A DNA stretch of 54,127 nt from an uncultured Bacteroidales bacterium (GTDB lineage: Bacteria > Bacteroidota > Bacteroidia > Bacteroidales > UBA10428), in the NCBI GenBank assembly GCA_964416375.1, contig CAYQDZ010000002.1:1-54127 (forward strand). The letters run 5' to 3'. A program made the position numbers and the translations under genes. The notes under the pieces are model-generated. The model ran no database searches and was not told the origin of the DNA. It saw only the letters and a program-made list of their open reading frames with translations. Below are positions 9,105 to 18,985 of the stretch, in pieces. Each line of letters starts with the position of its first letter. Position 1 is the first letter of the stretch.

Positions 9105-10596
9105 GGTTTATCTCTTCAATAAGTTCATTTAAATCCATAAACTCAGAGCAGGTTAACAATGCGCCCATAGACACACCCATCATACCATGTAAACTCAGGT
9201 TTTGTCCCGTAAGATAAAGATTTGATACTTTGGTTTTTGGAAACAGTAATGAATTGTTCGGATTCCGGTAATCTCTTTCAATACCATAAACGGCCCCCCG
9301 GTGTGTGCCGGTGTAATCCTTCAAGGTAAGAGGTGTTGAAGAAGTATAGGATGTAATTTTTTTTCGTATACCCGGATAAATAGTTTCAAGTTCAGTGAGT
9401 ATTTTTTGTGACTTTAATTCTTTGAAAGCTTCATATTCTTCACCTCTCTTTTCAACTTTCGTATTTTCCCATTTGCTCACTTCGTTGTAATCCATAAAGG
9501 CCAGAACAGAAATACCTCTTGTATATTTTTTATCTATGGAATCAGCCAAAGGAAAAATATTCAGGTTTTGTGGAAATTTTTTTTCATCGTAATAAGACAA
9601 TCCCCAGACATTGCCATTGGGATAGGTGTAATAATTGTAGTTCATATGGGGGAATGTCCCCTCTTTAAGCACAATGTACAAGCTGAACATCGAAGTAGTA
9701 TTCCTTAAATTTTGTAATCGCTTGCGATACGATTTTCTGATACTTCCGGGTTCAATCATTTCCATAGTCTGATAGGGGTGAATCGCAGAGATAAATCTAT
9801 CGCCAATAAACTCCTGATCTTCACCAGCAACCACACTTTGAATGGTATCGTTGGAAAATACAAATTTTGCAGCTTCCATCTTATAAAATATTTCACCGCC
9901 CGATTTATGAAAGTTTTTGACCAGTGCTTTTGCCAATTGGTTGCTGCCGTCAACAAAACGCCATACACCCTCAATGTAATGATTGGTTATAAGTGCATGA
10001 ACAAATAAAAAGGTTGATTCAGGTTTGCCTGCATAAAGAGGATTCTGTGCTGCCAGTAAATTTTGGAGAGTAGTATCCTGCGTGATAGATTGTATGAAAT
10101 CCCAGGCATTTCCAAGAGTGAATTTGTCGTAGAAATTTTGCGAATTAAAATGAGTAGGTTTCAGGTTGTAAAGTGAAACGGAATCAGCTATACTCCTTAT
10201 TTTCTGAATGTAGGTTGCAATAGCTTTCTTTTCACGGGGAAAGTAGGATTCCATTTTCTTCTGAAAATTTGAGTATCCTGATGGATATACAAATTCTTTA
10301 TCGCCAATAAGGAAGCGGTCAAATCCCTCAGCATCCAATTCTCTGATATTCAAATCGGAAAGTATATTGAGGTAGCTGAATAATTTGTTTAAAGTTTGTC
10401 CTTTCCTCAGGCCTCCAACATAATGTATCCCCGTATCGAATGTAACGCCATCTTTAACAAATGATTGCATGCACCCTCCAGGATAAGCATTTTTTTCAAG
10501 GATTGCCACTTTAAATCCTTTTCTGCTTAAGATATTTCCGGTGATCAATCCACCCAGGCCACTGCCAATAATAACTATATCAAACTTCTTTTTCAT
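9097..10596 (-). CDS. FAD-dependent oxidoreductase, phytoene desaturase (CrtI)-like family
   Basis: 499 aa. N-terminal dinucleotide fold DIVIIGSGLGGLITGNILSRKGFKVAILEKN. Overlaps the next gene by 8 nt. Confidence 0.8.
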   Translation of the reverse strand: MKKKFDIVIIGSGLGGLITGNILSRKGFKVAILEKNAYPGGCMQSFVKDGVTFDTGIHYVGGLRKGQTLNKLFSYLNILSDLNIRELDAEGFDRFLIGDKEFVYPSGYSNFQKKMESYFPREKKAIATYIQKIRSIADSVSLYNLKPTHFNSQNFYDKFTLGNAWDFIQSITQDTTLQNLLAAQNPLYAGKPESTFLFVHALITNHYIEGVWRFVDGSNQLAKALVKNFHKSGGEIFYKMEAAKFVFSNDTIQSVVAGEDQEFIGDRFISAIHPYQTMEMIEPGSIRKSYRKRLQNLRNTTSMFSLYIVLKEGTFPHMNYNYYTYPNGNVWGLSYYDEKKFPQNLNIFPLADSIDKKYTRGISVLAFMDYNEVSKWENTKVEKRGEEYEAFKELKSQKILTELETIYPGIRKKITSYTSSTPLTLKDYTGTHRGAVYGIERDYRNPNNSLLFPKTKVSNLYLTGQNLSLHGMMGVSMGALLTCSEFMDLNELIEEINHA

Positions 10597-13500
10597 TCTT
10601 TTTTCTTTGCAAAATGTAAATCAGGTTTGATGTAAACTTCGTTTTATCAATGATCCGGACATTCAGATTATTTTGAAAAGCTATGTGTTCAATAAATTCT
10701 CTTGAGACAAAGCTAAGCTTGTTTTTTGTTTTGTTAAAACCAATGTGAGTTGATAAAAATTCACTAAGTTGAGTACCAAGATGACGTGTTTTAAGAGAAA
10801 TATCTCCATCACGAATGATTATTTTCCCATGATCATTCAATTTCGAAATACATTTGCATAACAGACTCTTCTGATCTTCCGGTTTTAAATAATGCAGCAT
10901 ATCACTTATTAAAAATACATCTGATGATGTATAATGATAATCAAGTGCATCTGCAGTCTCAAATTGAATGTCGCAATGGTCGGCCAATTCACAGTTTTTT
11001 GCTGTCAATATTTTGCTCTCATCATAGTCAATGGCAATAATTTTTCTTTCCTGGCTGCACAGGCTTAATGTAAATGCCATAGTTCCAAATCCTGTACCTA
11101 TATCTGTTATTACAGCATGAACAGGTACAATGGAATGAAATAGTTTATAAAATTCTTCAATCCGGAGTTTTATTTTTATGTAGTTTTCAAGAACAGGGCC
11201 TTTATAAATATAATTAGCAGCAATTCGATACCTGAAAAATTCCGGAGTAGATACTTCAGAATCTAATTCCCGGTATGCATTTCTCATATATTTACAGATT
11301 TGTTTCGAAGAATGAGAATAGGCTCTCTCATCCTGATCGTCAATCCTGAATGAAGAAAGCATTCTAACCGTGATTCGCCCGGGGTTAATAAGAAAAGAAT
11401 CTCTTTGCAGTACATCACATGCACCATGCATTAGTATAGTCTGAACAGGTAATCCCAACTTTTGTGCAATATAAAAACCTCCTTTGTGAAATCGCCCGAT
11501 CTTCCCGTTTTTTGATCTTGATCCTTCAGGAAATACCAAAATGGAACATCCGTTATTTATTTGTTTATTAATATCCTCCAAAACATTATCATAGCCTTTG
11601 GAAATATGAATATGCCCGCAAAATCGTACCACCCATCCAAATACCGGGTTGTTCCAAACCCAGTCCTTTGTCAGCATCAAAATGTTGGGAGACAATAACA
11701 GGAACATCAGAATATCAATCATCGACTGATGATTTGAGATTAAAATGGAGGGAGTTTTAAAAGAATTCTTGTCAATGCCTTGTTTTACTAACTTGACATT
11801 GGGGTGTACGTTTAAAAATGATGTAATAAAAAAGTGTGCTATGAAACGGATAATGTATTGTTTTTGAGATTTCTTAACGGGCAAAATAGCAACAAAAGGA
11901 ATACTTAAGGTCAGACTTAATGAACCAAGAGTAAAGCATGTAAAGAAAAATATACTGTATAAAATATTCATAAAACTGACAGGGAACAGTTTTTTTACGC
12001 CTTTTGTATAGGTAAGTAAATGAAATAAAATAGGTTGAAGCGTAAAAGAAACGACCAACACAGATACTATACCAACAATTGCCAGGTTAGCGATAGATCT
12101 TAATGCCGGATGTTTTGCCAGGATCAATACACCCAGTCCGGCCAAAGTAGTGAGAGCTGATATCAGAATGGAAGACTTAAAAGATCGTAATTCATCTCCT
12201 CCATACCTGTATTTGTGAATCAATCCTTTGGTGACAAATATGGAATAGTCAACACCAAGCCCAAATATAAGGGTGCAGATAATGATATTAAAATAGTTTA
12301 ATTTAATACCGGTAATCCCCATAATTCCAAGAGTCCAGATCCAGCTAACAAGAATAGGCAGAAACGTGATGACAGCTGTTTCCAAACGCCCAAGAAAAAT
12401 TAAAATGATGAAAAAAACCAAGATCAGTGATATTTTTATAAGTCTGGAGAAATCTTTCTCAATAATATCAAAAATCGTATTGAAAAAATCCTTTCTGTCA
12501 AGAATAGAGGACTGTTTTTCTCCAACAAAAGCCTGAACAAGAGCATCTTTCTGATGTGTATTTTTTATACTAATGATGGTCGGAATAACAAGGCCTTCAG
12601 AAATTGTAATGTTAAAGTCATGAATGAGTGCTGAAAAAGAAGAGAACAATAAGGAAGGTGGAACAGGTTGAAAATTTTGATCCAGTAAACGATAGAAATC
12701 ATCAAAAGCTTCTTTCTTCACATGGTGTTTAATGGCTGCCCGATTGAGTTTGGTTTTTAATTGTAATTTCCTCTCATCTGTCCAGAAAGAATTCCAGTTT
12801 TCAATTTTCTCCTGCTGTTTTGCAGTGGAAAACACAAGTGAATAAATACCATTGTAGTTTTCAATATTTCCTGAATTTTTCAATTCAGCTAACAAGGGAG
12901 TTTTTTGTTCCAATTCATAAAGCGCTTCATCAAGAGTTTCTCCCTTTGAAAGCAGGTATACCTTTTTTTGATATACTTCACTTATCTTGTTAAGATTATT
13001 CAATGACTCTTCCAGGTGATGAGGCATATAGTTGTTTTTTTCTATATCTTTTTCAAACTGAGCTTTCTTAGAAAAAAAGTACAATACAACTGTTACACCG
13101 ATTAAAATAAGAAAAATTACTTTCTTATTTTTATTTTGATATCCGGCAATTTTTTCGATAAGATTTGATTTTTCCAGCTTTACTTCATTGTTTTTCTTCC
13201 AAAGGATTACAGGCAGGAAAAGTACAGTAAGCAGCGCAGCAGCAATGACACTAATGGCTGCAAATACTCCCAATTGTTTTAATGCAGGCGAAGAAAGAAG
13301 CATAAGGCAAAGAAAAGCAGTGGCTGTTGTTATGCTGCTCATCATGATGGGGATGGATACTTTTTTTAAGGTTTGCCTGATATCCTTTTGATGTTTCAGA
13401 TGTGCAATGAGATGCAGGGCATAGTCTACGGTGATACCAAGAATAACCGAGCCGATTCCCAATGATATCAGAGATAAATTTTGATGACTAAAACTGAGAT

Positions 13501-14428
13501 ATATCAAAGCAACGGTTGCTCCAAACAGCGCAGGAAGAAGAATCAACAACAATATGTGTTTCTTACGGAAAAAGTAATAGATCAGAATGACAATAATGAT
13601 CAGAGCAATGGTAACAGTTAATCTCACATCTTTTTTTATTCGCTGCGCATTTGCTGTGGCAACAGGAAGTGAGCCAATATAATCGATGGTGATATTCTGC
13701 TTGTATTGCAATTCAAGTTCTGAAATGATATTGTCCAGATGATGAATGAATTCACTATTTTTCCCGGTATTTTTAGCATCTGCAGGTGTAACAAAGAACA
13801 ACAAGTGTTTTTTATCCTTTGTCACCAGGTAATTCTGATATATCGTAAGATTATCATCAAGCTGTAAATCTTTCATCCTGTGAAATTGATCGGTTACAAG
13901 ACCAAAAGGATCACGGAAGATATATCGGGCAGCCATATATCCAGCCGGCGAATTTAAAATTTTAAGATATTCCCTTACCAGAAGATCAAAATTCCCATAT
14001 TGAATCAGGCTGTCTAGTTTTTTATAATCATCTAATTCCAAATAGAGAGGAAGATTTTTATGGAAATTTTCAAAGAATTCATTCTGAGAAAATGTATTAC
14101 TCTTCCCTTCAATTTTCAGTAAAAATTGAGGAATAAAATTTCGATTTATGGAGTCTGTTAATGCGTTTGCCAATGACACAAGATCTTCCGGCTCAACAAC
14201 ATTTGTATCCTGGTGGTAAATATGAAAAACGATCCTGTCAAAAAATTTGGCGCTGTCCAATACCTCAACAAAAGTCTTGTTATTCTTGTTTGCCGGCAGT
14301 ATTGAAGATATGCTTTCTTCGAAATGAATCCTTTTTATCGAATAAAACAATCCTCCGGCAATGAATACGATCAATGCTAATATTAACAATGAGTTCCATA
14401 GCTTCCTTTTCACTTTTCCCGCAAACAT
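10580..14428 (-). CDS. fusion protein: MMPL/RND-type exporter + PlsC-type acyltransferase + class I SAM methyltransferase
   Basis: 1282 aa. There are two clusters of TM helices separated by soluble loops (about residues 1-800). An HX4D acyltransferase motif (NHQSMID) and FPEGSRS follow. A C-terminal SAM motif I (ITDIGTGFG) with IIAIDYD closes the protein. The frame is uninterrupted. Confidence 0.8.
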   Translation of the reverse strand: MFAGKVKRKLWNSLLILALIVFIAGGLFYSIKRIHFEESISSILPANKNNKTFVEVLDSAKFFDRIVFHIYHQDTNVVEPEDLVSLANALTDSINRNFIPQFLLKIEGKSNTFSQNEFFENFHKNLPLYLELDDYKKLDSLIQYGNFDLLVREYLKILNSPAGYMAARYIFRDPFGLVTDQFHRMKDLQLDDNLTIYQNYLVTKDKKHLLFFVTPADAKNTGKNSEFIHHLDNIISELELQYKQNITIDYIGSLPVATANAQRIKKDVRLTVTIALIIIVILIYYFFRKKHILLLILLPALFGATVALIYLSFSHQNLSLISLGIGSVILGITVDYALHLIAHLKHQKDIRQTLKKVSIPIMMSSITTATAFLCLMLLSSPALKQLGVFAAISVIAAALLTVLFLPVILWKKNNEVKLEKSNLIEKIAGYQNKNKKVIFLILIGVTVVLYFFSKKAQFEKDIEKNNYMPHHLEESLNNLNKISEVYQKKVYLLSKGETLDEALYELEQKTPLLAELKNSGNIENYNGIYSLVFSTAKQQEKIENWNSFWTDERKLQLKTKLNRAAIKHHVKKEAFDDFYRLLDQNFQPVPPSLLFSSFSALIHDFNITISEGLVIPTIISIKNTHQKDALVQAFVGEKQSSILDRKDFFNTIFDIIEKDFSRLIKISLILVFFIILIFLGRLETAVITFLPILVSWIWTLGIMGITGIKLNYFNIIICTLIFGLGVDYSIFVTKGLIHKYRYGGDELRSFKSSILISALTTLAGLGVLILAKHPALRSIANLAIVGIVSVLVVSFTLQPILFHLLTYTKGVKKLFPVSFMNILYSIFFFTCFTLGSLSLTLSIPFVAILPVKKSQKQYIIRFIAHFFITSFLNVHPNVKLVKQGIDKNSFKTPSILISNHQSMIDILMFLLLSPNILMLTKDWVWNNPVFGWVVRFCGHIHISKGYDNVLEDINKQINNGCSILVFPEGSRSKNGKIGRFHKGGFYIAQKLGLPVQTILMHGACDVLQRDSFLINPGRITVRMLSSFRIDDQDERAYSHSSKQICKYMRNAYRELDSEVSTPEFFRYRIAANYIYKGPVLENYIKIKLRIEEFYKLFHSIVPVHAVITDIGTGFGTMAFTLSLCSQERKIIAIDYDESKILTAKNCELADHCDIQFETADALDYHYTSSDVFLISDMLHYLKPEDQKSLLCKCISKLNDHGKIIIRDGDISLKTRHLGTQLSEFLSTHIGFNKTKNKLSFVSREFIEHIAFQNNLNVRIIDKTKFTSNLIYILQRKKNEKEV

Positions 14429-15601
14429 TTAATTCTTCCTTCCCTTCCTTCTGATAAATAAAAATATATAGGTAAATAGTGCAGCAATTATCCCTGCAGC
14501 AACTGCCAGCGGGATACTTCCATATACATATTGTAAGAAACTTATTTTAGCAGTTTCCAAAGTTATGTTTTTATCAAAAGCAATGTGCACAGGATTTGAT
14601 ACAAATAACCTCCCCATTACAAAACTGAGGTAAATGATAATAGGCATCATTGGAGGGATGCTGATATTTGATGCAACCAAAACAAGGGCTTTGTTCAGTT
14701 TGAAAAGATGTGCAAGAAAAGCGGCAGCGATCATTTGAAATCCCCAGATGGGGATGATACCCATAAATACACCAAAGCCTGTTGCAAGAGATAATTTCAT
14801 ACTGGATTCGCCTGAGCCAAGCAGTTTTTTAAATTTTTCCAGATTGAAATTCCTGAAATATAGTATAGGTCTGAAAATCAATATAGCAAGCAATACCAGG
14901 ATGGTATTGAGGATGCTGATTCTTGTAAAGTCTTTGAAAGGGCGAAAATGCGATATCCTTTCATTGGCAGGGGGGTAATGCACGCTCACAGGAATGCTTG
15001 TTATCGGGATGCCTTTCCATGCAGCTCTGACCAGAACTTCAATCTCAAATTCAAATTTCTTTGTTAAGAATTTCATTCCTGAAAGTTTCAACAAGGGATA
15101 CAAACGATAACCCGTTTGAGTATCAGGCAGTTTGATCCCCGTTTCTATACGGTACCAGAAATTCGAGAATTTGTGTCCAAAACTGCTTTTTCCCGGAATA
15201 CCTTTTTGATCCATATTTCTGGCCCCAATGATTAAGGTATTCGGATTTTTCTCTAAAGCGGACAAGAATTTTGGCAGATCATCCGTACTGTGTTGTGCGT
15301 CGGAATCTATGGTAATGGCATAATCGTATCCTGAGTTTACAGCTTCCCGAAAACTTCTTCGCAACGAATAGCCTTTCCCTTGATTTACTTTGTTTTCAAT
15401 GACATGTATATCAGTATACTGATTCAAAATGCTTCTTGTCTCATCCGTTGATCCGTCGTTTACAACCATCAGGTTATGTGTATACTTAAGGATACCATCC
15501 AAAACATTTTTCAACGTTCCGGCATTGTTGTAGGTAGGAACAATGACGCAACATCTCTGGAGATCAAATGGATCTGTTTTATTTGGTTTCACTGAAGACA
15601 C
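14429..15601 (-). CDS. family 2 glycosyltransferase with C-terminal membrane (DUF2062-like) domain
   Basis: 390 aa with GT2 motifs VIVPTYNNAGTL, VNDGSTDET and IDSDAQH, plus a hydrophobic C-terminal third. Confidence 0.8.
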   Translation of the reverse strand: MSSVKPNKTDPFDLQRCCVIVPTYNNAGTLKNVLDGILKYTHNLMVVNDGSTDETRSILNQYTDIHVIENKVNQGKGYSLRRSFREAVNSGYDYAITIDSDAQHSTDDLPKFLSALEKNPNTLIIGARNMDQKGIPGKSSFGHKFSNFWYRIETGIKLPDTQTGYRLYPLLKLSGMKFLTKKFEFEIEVLVRAAWKGIPITSIPVSVHYPPANERISHFRPFKDFTRISILNTILVLLAILIFRPILYFRNFNLEKFKKLLGSGESSMKLSLATGFGVFMGIIPIWGFQMIAAAFLAHLFKLNKALVLVASNISIPPMMPIIIYLSFVMGRLFVSNPVHIAFDKNITLETAKISFLQYVYGSIPLAVAAGIIAALFTYIFLFIRRKGRKN

Positions 15602-15947
15602 CTCTTATTTTAGTATAGACCTGATTATTCCCTGATAATACACAGTTTGCAGCTATGCCCTTCGTTGTAACATGGTATTTTATTTCGAGAACAAGATTTT
15701 TGGTATAGGGAGGAACAACTGATGCCATGAATTTTATTTCCTTAGCTTCCGTTAGCATAAGATCTTTATTCACTGAGTCGGATAATATGAGCCTGGTAAT
15801 TTCTACGAGTGCGACACCTGGTGTGACAGGTTTGCCCGGAAAATGGCCATGGAATAATCTGTGTTTGCTATGAATATCTATCATTGCTCTGATATTACCG
15901 GCCTCAGATTTTAGAATTTTGTATGTAAACAGATCATTTAAAGGCAT
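15579..15947 (-). CDS. hotdog-fold FabA/FabZ-like 3-hydroxyacyl-ACP dehydratase
   Basis: 122 aa. HFPGKPVTPGVALVE matches the FabZ active-site region (HFPxxPVxPGV). Confidence 0.7.
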   Translation of the reverse strand: MPLNDLFTYKILKSEAGNIRAMIDIHSKHRLFHGHFPGKPVTPGVALVEITRLILSDSVNKDLMLTEAKEIKFMASVVPPYTKNLVLEIKYHVTTKGIAANCVLSGNNQVYTKIRGVFSETK

Positions 15948-16560
15948 TGTTTACTTTCTTTAAATTAATCCTGGTATTATGACTCATTTTTACTTCAATT
16001 GTCTCGGGCAATTCCTCGGAATCAGTATATACTCCACAAGCGATGCCATTTCCTTTTGAAAAACAAAAGCTTATTTTATGATTTTCTCTGGTTTCAGTTT
16101 TTAGTTTAATTCTATGATTCTTGCAAAAACAGACGCTTTTTTCATCCGTCTTCTCTAAGCAGATGTCTTTGCAATCCGGCTTGCTGATAAGCATAAGGAG
16201 AAATTTATTAACGAAAATTATCACGCGCTTTCGATTTACAAAAGAAATGCAATAGGAATTTGAAATTTCATCGTTTTTATAGTTAAACTCCATTAGCTTC
16301 ATACCTGTTTCCGATAAAAATACAATCCTGGTTTCATCGTCTTCAAGCATATGCCTGAAAGCTATCAATCCTGAAAACTTATACTTCATTATTTCAAACT
16401 GAGAAGAGTAAAGCACTGGCTCATTGCCAACCAAGTTTATAACAGGTTCGAAGTTGAAATTTTCTACTTCGGAGCTAACAAAGCATTTGTACGGTGTTTT
16501 GCATCCGGCAAGACAAATAGATATGCTAAGGAATAAAAATATTTTCCAGGATTGACTCAT
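15934..16560 (-). CDS. hypothetical lipoprotein (possible lipid-carrier / LolB-like partner)
   Basis: 208 aa with a lipobox (ICLAGC). It lies directly downstream of the LolA-like gene inside the pigment cluster. The function is guessed from context only. Confidence 0.5.
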   Translation of the reverse strand: MSQSWKIFLFLSISICLAGCKTPYKCFVSSEVENFNFEPVINLVGNEPVLYSSQFEIMKYKFSGLIAFRHMLEDDETRIVFLSETGMKLMEFNYKNDEISNSYCISFVNRKRVIIFVNKFLLMLISKPDCKDICLEKTDEKSVCFCKNHRIKLKTETRENHKISFCFSKGNGIACGVYTDSEELPETIEVKMSHNTRINLKKVNNAFK

Positions 16561-17179
16561 TCAATTTCTGATTTGAAAAATGGATCAGGCTATAATCAGA
16601 ATTAGGTTCAATGATTTTTAGCTTTATAATGGTGTATGTGGTTTTATCAAAATACAATTCCAGTTGTTTAATCATTTGTGTTATTTCCGGTACCTCCGGC
16701 TGCAATTCAACCTTAAAAAACTCATTGTTTTGATATGTCTTTGTTTTATAGTCGGAATTATCAAACACTTTACCACTAACAGCATTGACAATTAATCCAT
16801 TCATCTGATTGAATGTTTCATTGTTTTTAACTTCAAACTGGTTGGTAGAGTTATTGCTTATAAGAGATATTTTATCCTGATCCAGAATAATAACATATTC
16901 ATAAGGTTTAAGATATTCCCACCGCACTTTATCAGGATAAACATACCAGAATTTACCGGATGATTTCAAATCAGAATCAAGATACTGCATTTTTTTAGTT
17001 TGCATGAAATCACATTGAATAGACTTTATTTTTGATGCAGATTCCCGGATTTTTTGAGTGATATGATTTTCTGATTCCAAAGCTTTGAAGTCATCCGTTT
17101 GAGAGAATGTGAGCAAAGGAGTACAAATGAGTATCATGAAAAGCAAAACGAATACTCGGAATGATTGTAATTTAATCAT
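16526..17179 (-). CDS. LolA-like outer-membrane lipoprotein carrier family protein
   Basis: 217 aa. Signal peptide and a LolA-like core (FMQTKKMQYLDSDLKSSGKFWYVYPDKVRWEY). Confidence 0.7.
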   Translation of the reverse strand: MIKLQSFRVFVLLFMILICTPLLTFSQTDDFKALESENHITQKIRESASKIKSIQCDFMQTKKMQYLDSDLKSSGKFWYVYPDKVRWEYLKPYEYVIILDQDKISLISNNSTNQFEVKNNETFNQMNGLIVNAVSGKVFDNSDYKTKTYQNNEFFKVELQPEVPEITQMIKQLELYFDKTTYTIIKLKIIEPNSDYSLIHFSNQKLNESILENIFIP

Positions 17180-17966
17180 TTTTGGATTTTATCAATTCAC
17201 TAATGGTTACCGGCCTGTAATTTTTCTGGCTGCAATATACTAAAACCTGTTCTAATATGAATCTAATATGTTCTGATGTGTCATGCAAAAGAACAATATC
17301 TCCGGGCCTGATCTGATTCAGAATTTTTTTAATGATTATTTCGGGTTTTCTTTTTGTTGTATCCATTGATCGGATAGACCAGCCTATGGTAATAAGGTCA
17401 AATGATTTTAGTGCTTTTGCAATCAATGGATTCGTAACACCAAAGGGAGGCCGGAAATAAACTGGTGATTTACCGGTGAATTTTTGAATCACTTCCTGTG
17501 TATTTCCTATCTCCCTTTTTATTTTTTTTACTGTCATCAATGGAAACCATGATTTGTGATGGTAGGAGTGATTCCCTATTTCATGACCGCTTTGATTGAT
17601 TATTTTAACAATGGGCTCCATTTCTAAGGCTTTTGATCCGGTCATAAAAAATGTGGCTTTTGCCTTATGACTCTTCAGCAATTCCAGCAGTACTTCTGTG
17701 GTTTCACATGGTCCGTCATCAAAGGTGAGGCATACTACTTTTTCTTTTACCGGCATACTGCATACTGCCGAAACATACACTCCCGAAGAGATATTGTATG
17801 AAGCCAGAGCAGAAAATACAATCCAGAATAGAACAACAGGCAACAGAATATACCATCCTGCCGGAGTGAAACATATCAGGATGGCACCGGAAATAACAAC
17901 AAGCATGGTGATTAAATCCAGGCTTTTATAAATCGGCTTTTGAAACCAGGATGAACGCATGATCAT
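17172..17966 (-). CDS. polysaccharide deacetylase (NodB homology domain), membrane anchored
   Basis: 264 aa with NodB motifs TFDDGP and GNHSYHH, plus N-terminal TM helices. The start is uncertain (M1, M3 or M21). Confidence 0.8.
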   Translation of the reverse strand: MIMRSSWFQKPIYKSLDLITMLVVISGAILICFTPAGWYILLPVVLFWIVFSALASYNISSGVYVSAVCSMPVKEKVVCLTFDDGPCETTEVLLELLKSHKAKATFFMTGSKALEMEPIVKIINQSGHEIGNHSYHHKSWFPLMTVKKIKREIGNTQEVIQKFTGKSPVYFRPPFGVTNPLIAKALKSFDLITIGWSIRSMDTTKRKPEIIIKKILNQIRPGDIVLLHDTSEHIRFILEQVLVYCSQKNYRPVTISELIKSKND

Positions 17967-18981
17967 TAGGTTCTGAGTAATGATAAATTAATATATTTTC
18001 TATGTTTCCTGTGAGTTTATCAGTTCTGTTTATTTTTATCGAATCAGGTACGGTTTGTTCTTTCATTATCTCATTTGCCAGCCATAATGCAAATGAAGAG
18101 GAAGTGTCATACTGACCGCAAAGATGTTTATAATAGCAATTCAGTGAACCATTCAGATTCTCAGTCAGGAAATCTTTGTATATTTTATTTCGTTTGCTGT
18201 CGCCATTTATTCCGGTAATAGACAGCTGTATATCAGAAATTTGTAAATCCTTTTCACTGAGCAATCTGTTTAGGACATCTTTTGCTGTCGCTCCGGATTC
18301 AACCCAGGCAGCACGTATTTGTGAAAAACAAGTATTCTTTGTTTCACTATCCAACAAAAAAAATACTGATCCTTCGCCCGCAATAGTACCCTTTGTTGTG
18401 CTATCCGGTAAAAAAGAGATTTCATTTTCTGTTTTCCAGTATCCGACTCTTTCTTTTATTTTAAAATCAAATTCAGTGAGTTCATCAATTCCTCCCACAA
18501 GAACATTTTTTGTATTTTCATTCAACAACATAATAGCATCAACTAAACTGTGTTCGAATGATGAGGTATGGTTAACATACACGCTGTTGTATTCCTGGCA
18601 CCCCAGTGTCAAAGCAATTTGGCCACCGACAGTATTGTGTGTTGACTGGATAAATGTGGAGGGAGAGAGGGTTTGTTCTTTTTTATCCATGATCTGATCC
18701 AAAAATTTAAAGGTATCTTCCAAACAGCCCCAACCTGTTGCTGTAATAATTGCTCCCGGATTTTCAATGCCCGATTCTTTAAGGCATTCAGTAGCCGAAA
18801 GTAATCCCATCTTTGCTATTCTGCTCATTCTTCGCAATTTCATAGAAGGATAATAGTCTTTATAATTTGGTTCAATGGCCGACATATATCTTGCAGGGGG
18901 AGAAACATTGTTCCATGAGAACCCTGCATGAAAACTTTTCTGAGGTGAAATTACTTTGCTGCTTATAATATATGCCTTCAT
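17926..18981 (-). CDS. beta-ketoacyl synthase-like protein lacking the catalytic cysteine (chain-length-factor-like)
   Basis: KS-like length and fold cues, but the position of the nucleophile reads IQSTHNTVGG instead of (A/T)ACSS. I prefer the start at M25 (ATG at 18981), 4 nt after the upstream KS stop. The track ORF extends to 19053. Confidence 0.7.
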   Translation of the reverse strand: MKAYIISSKVISPQKSFHAGFSWNNVSPPARYMSAIEPNYKDYYPSMKLRRMSRIAKMGLLSATECLKESGIENPGAIITATGWGCLEDTFKFLDQIMDKKEQTLSPSTFIQSTHNTVGGQIALTLGCQEYNSVYVNHTSSFEHSLVDAIMLLNENTKNVLVGGIDELTEFDFKIKERVGYWKTENEISFLPDSTTKGTIAGEGSVFFLLDSETKNTCFSQIRAAWVESGATAKDVLNRLLSEKDLQISDIQLSITGINGDSKRNKIYKDFLTENLNGSLNCYYKHLCGQYDTSSSFALWLANEIMKEQTVPDSIKINRTDKLTGNIENILIYHYSEPNDHAFILVSKADL

Positions 18982-18985
18982 CTGA

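Noticed and set aside
18176-18697. 173-aa plus-strand ORF antisense to the Cys-less KS-like gene.
   Set aside because: Shadow ORF. It has no motifs and is fully embedded in a coding region whose minus-strand product has clear KS-family features.
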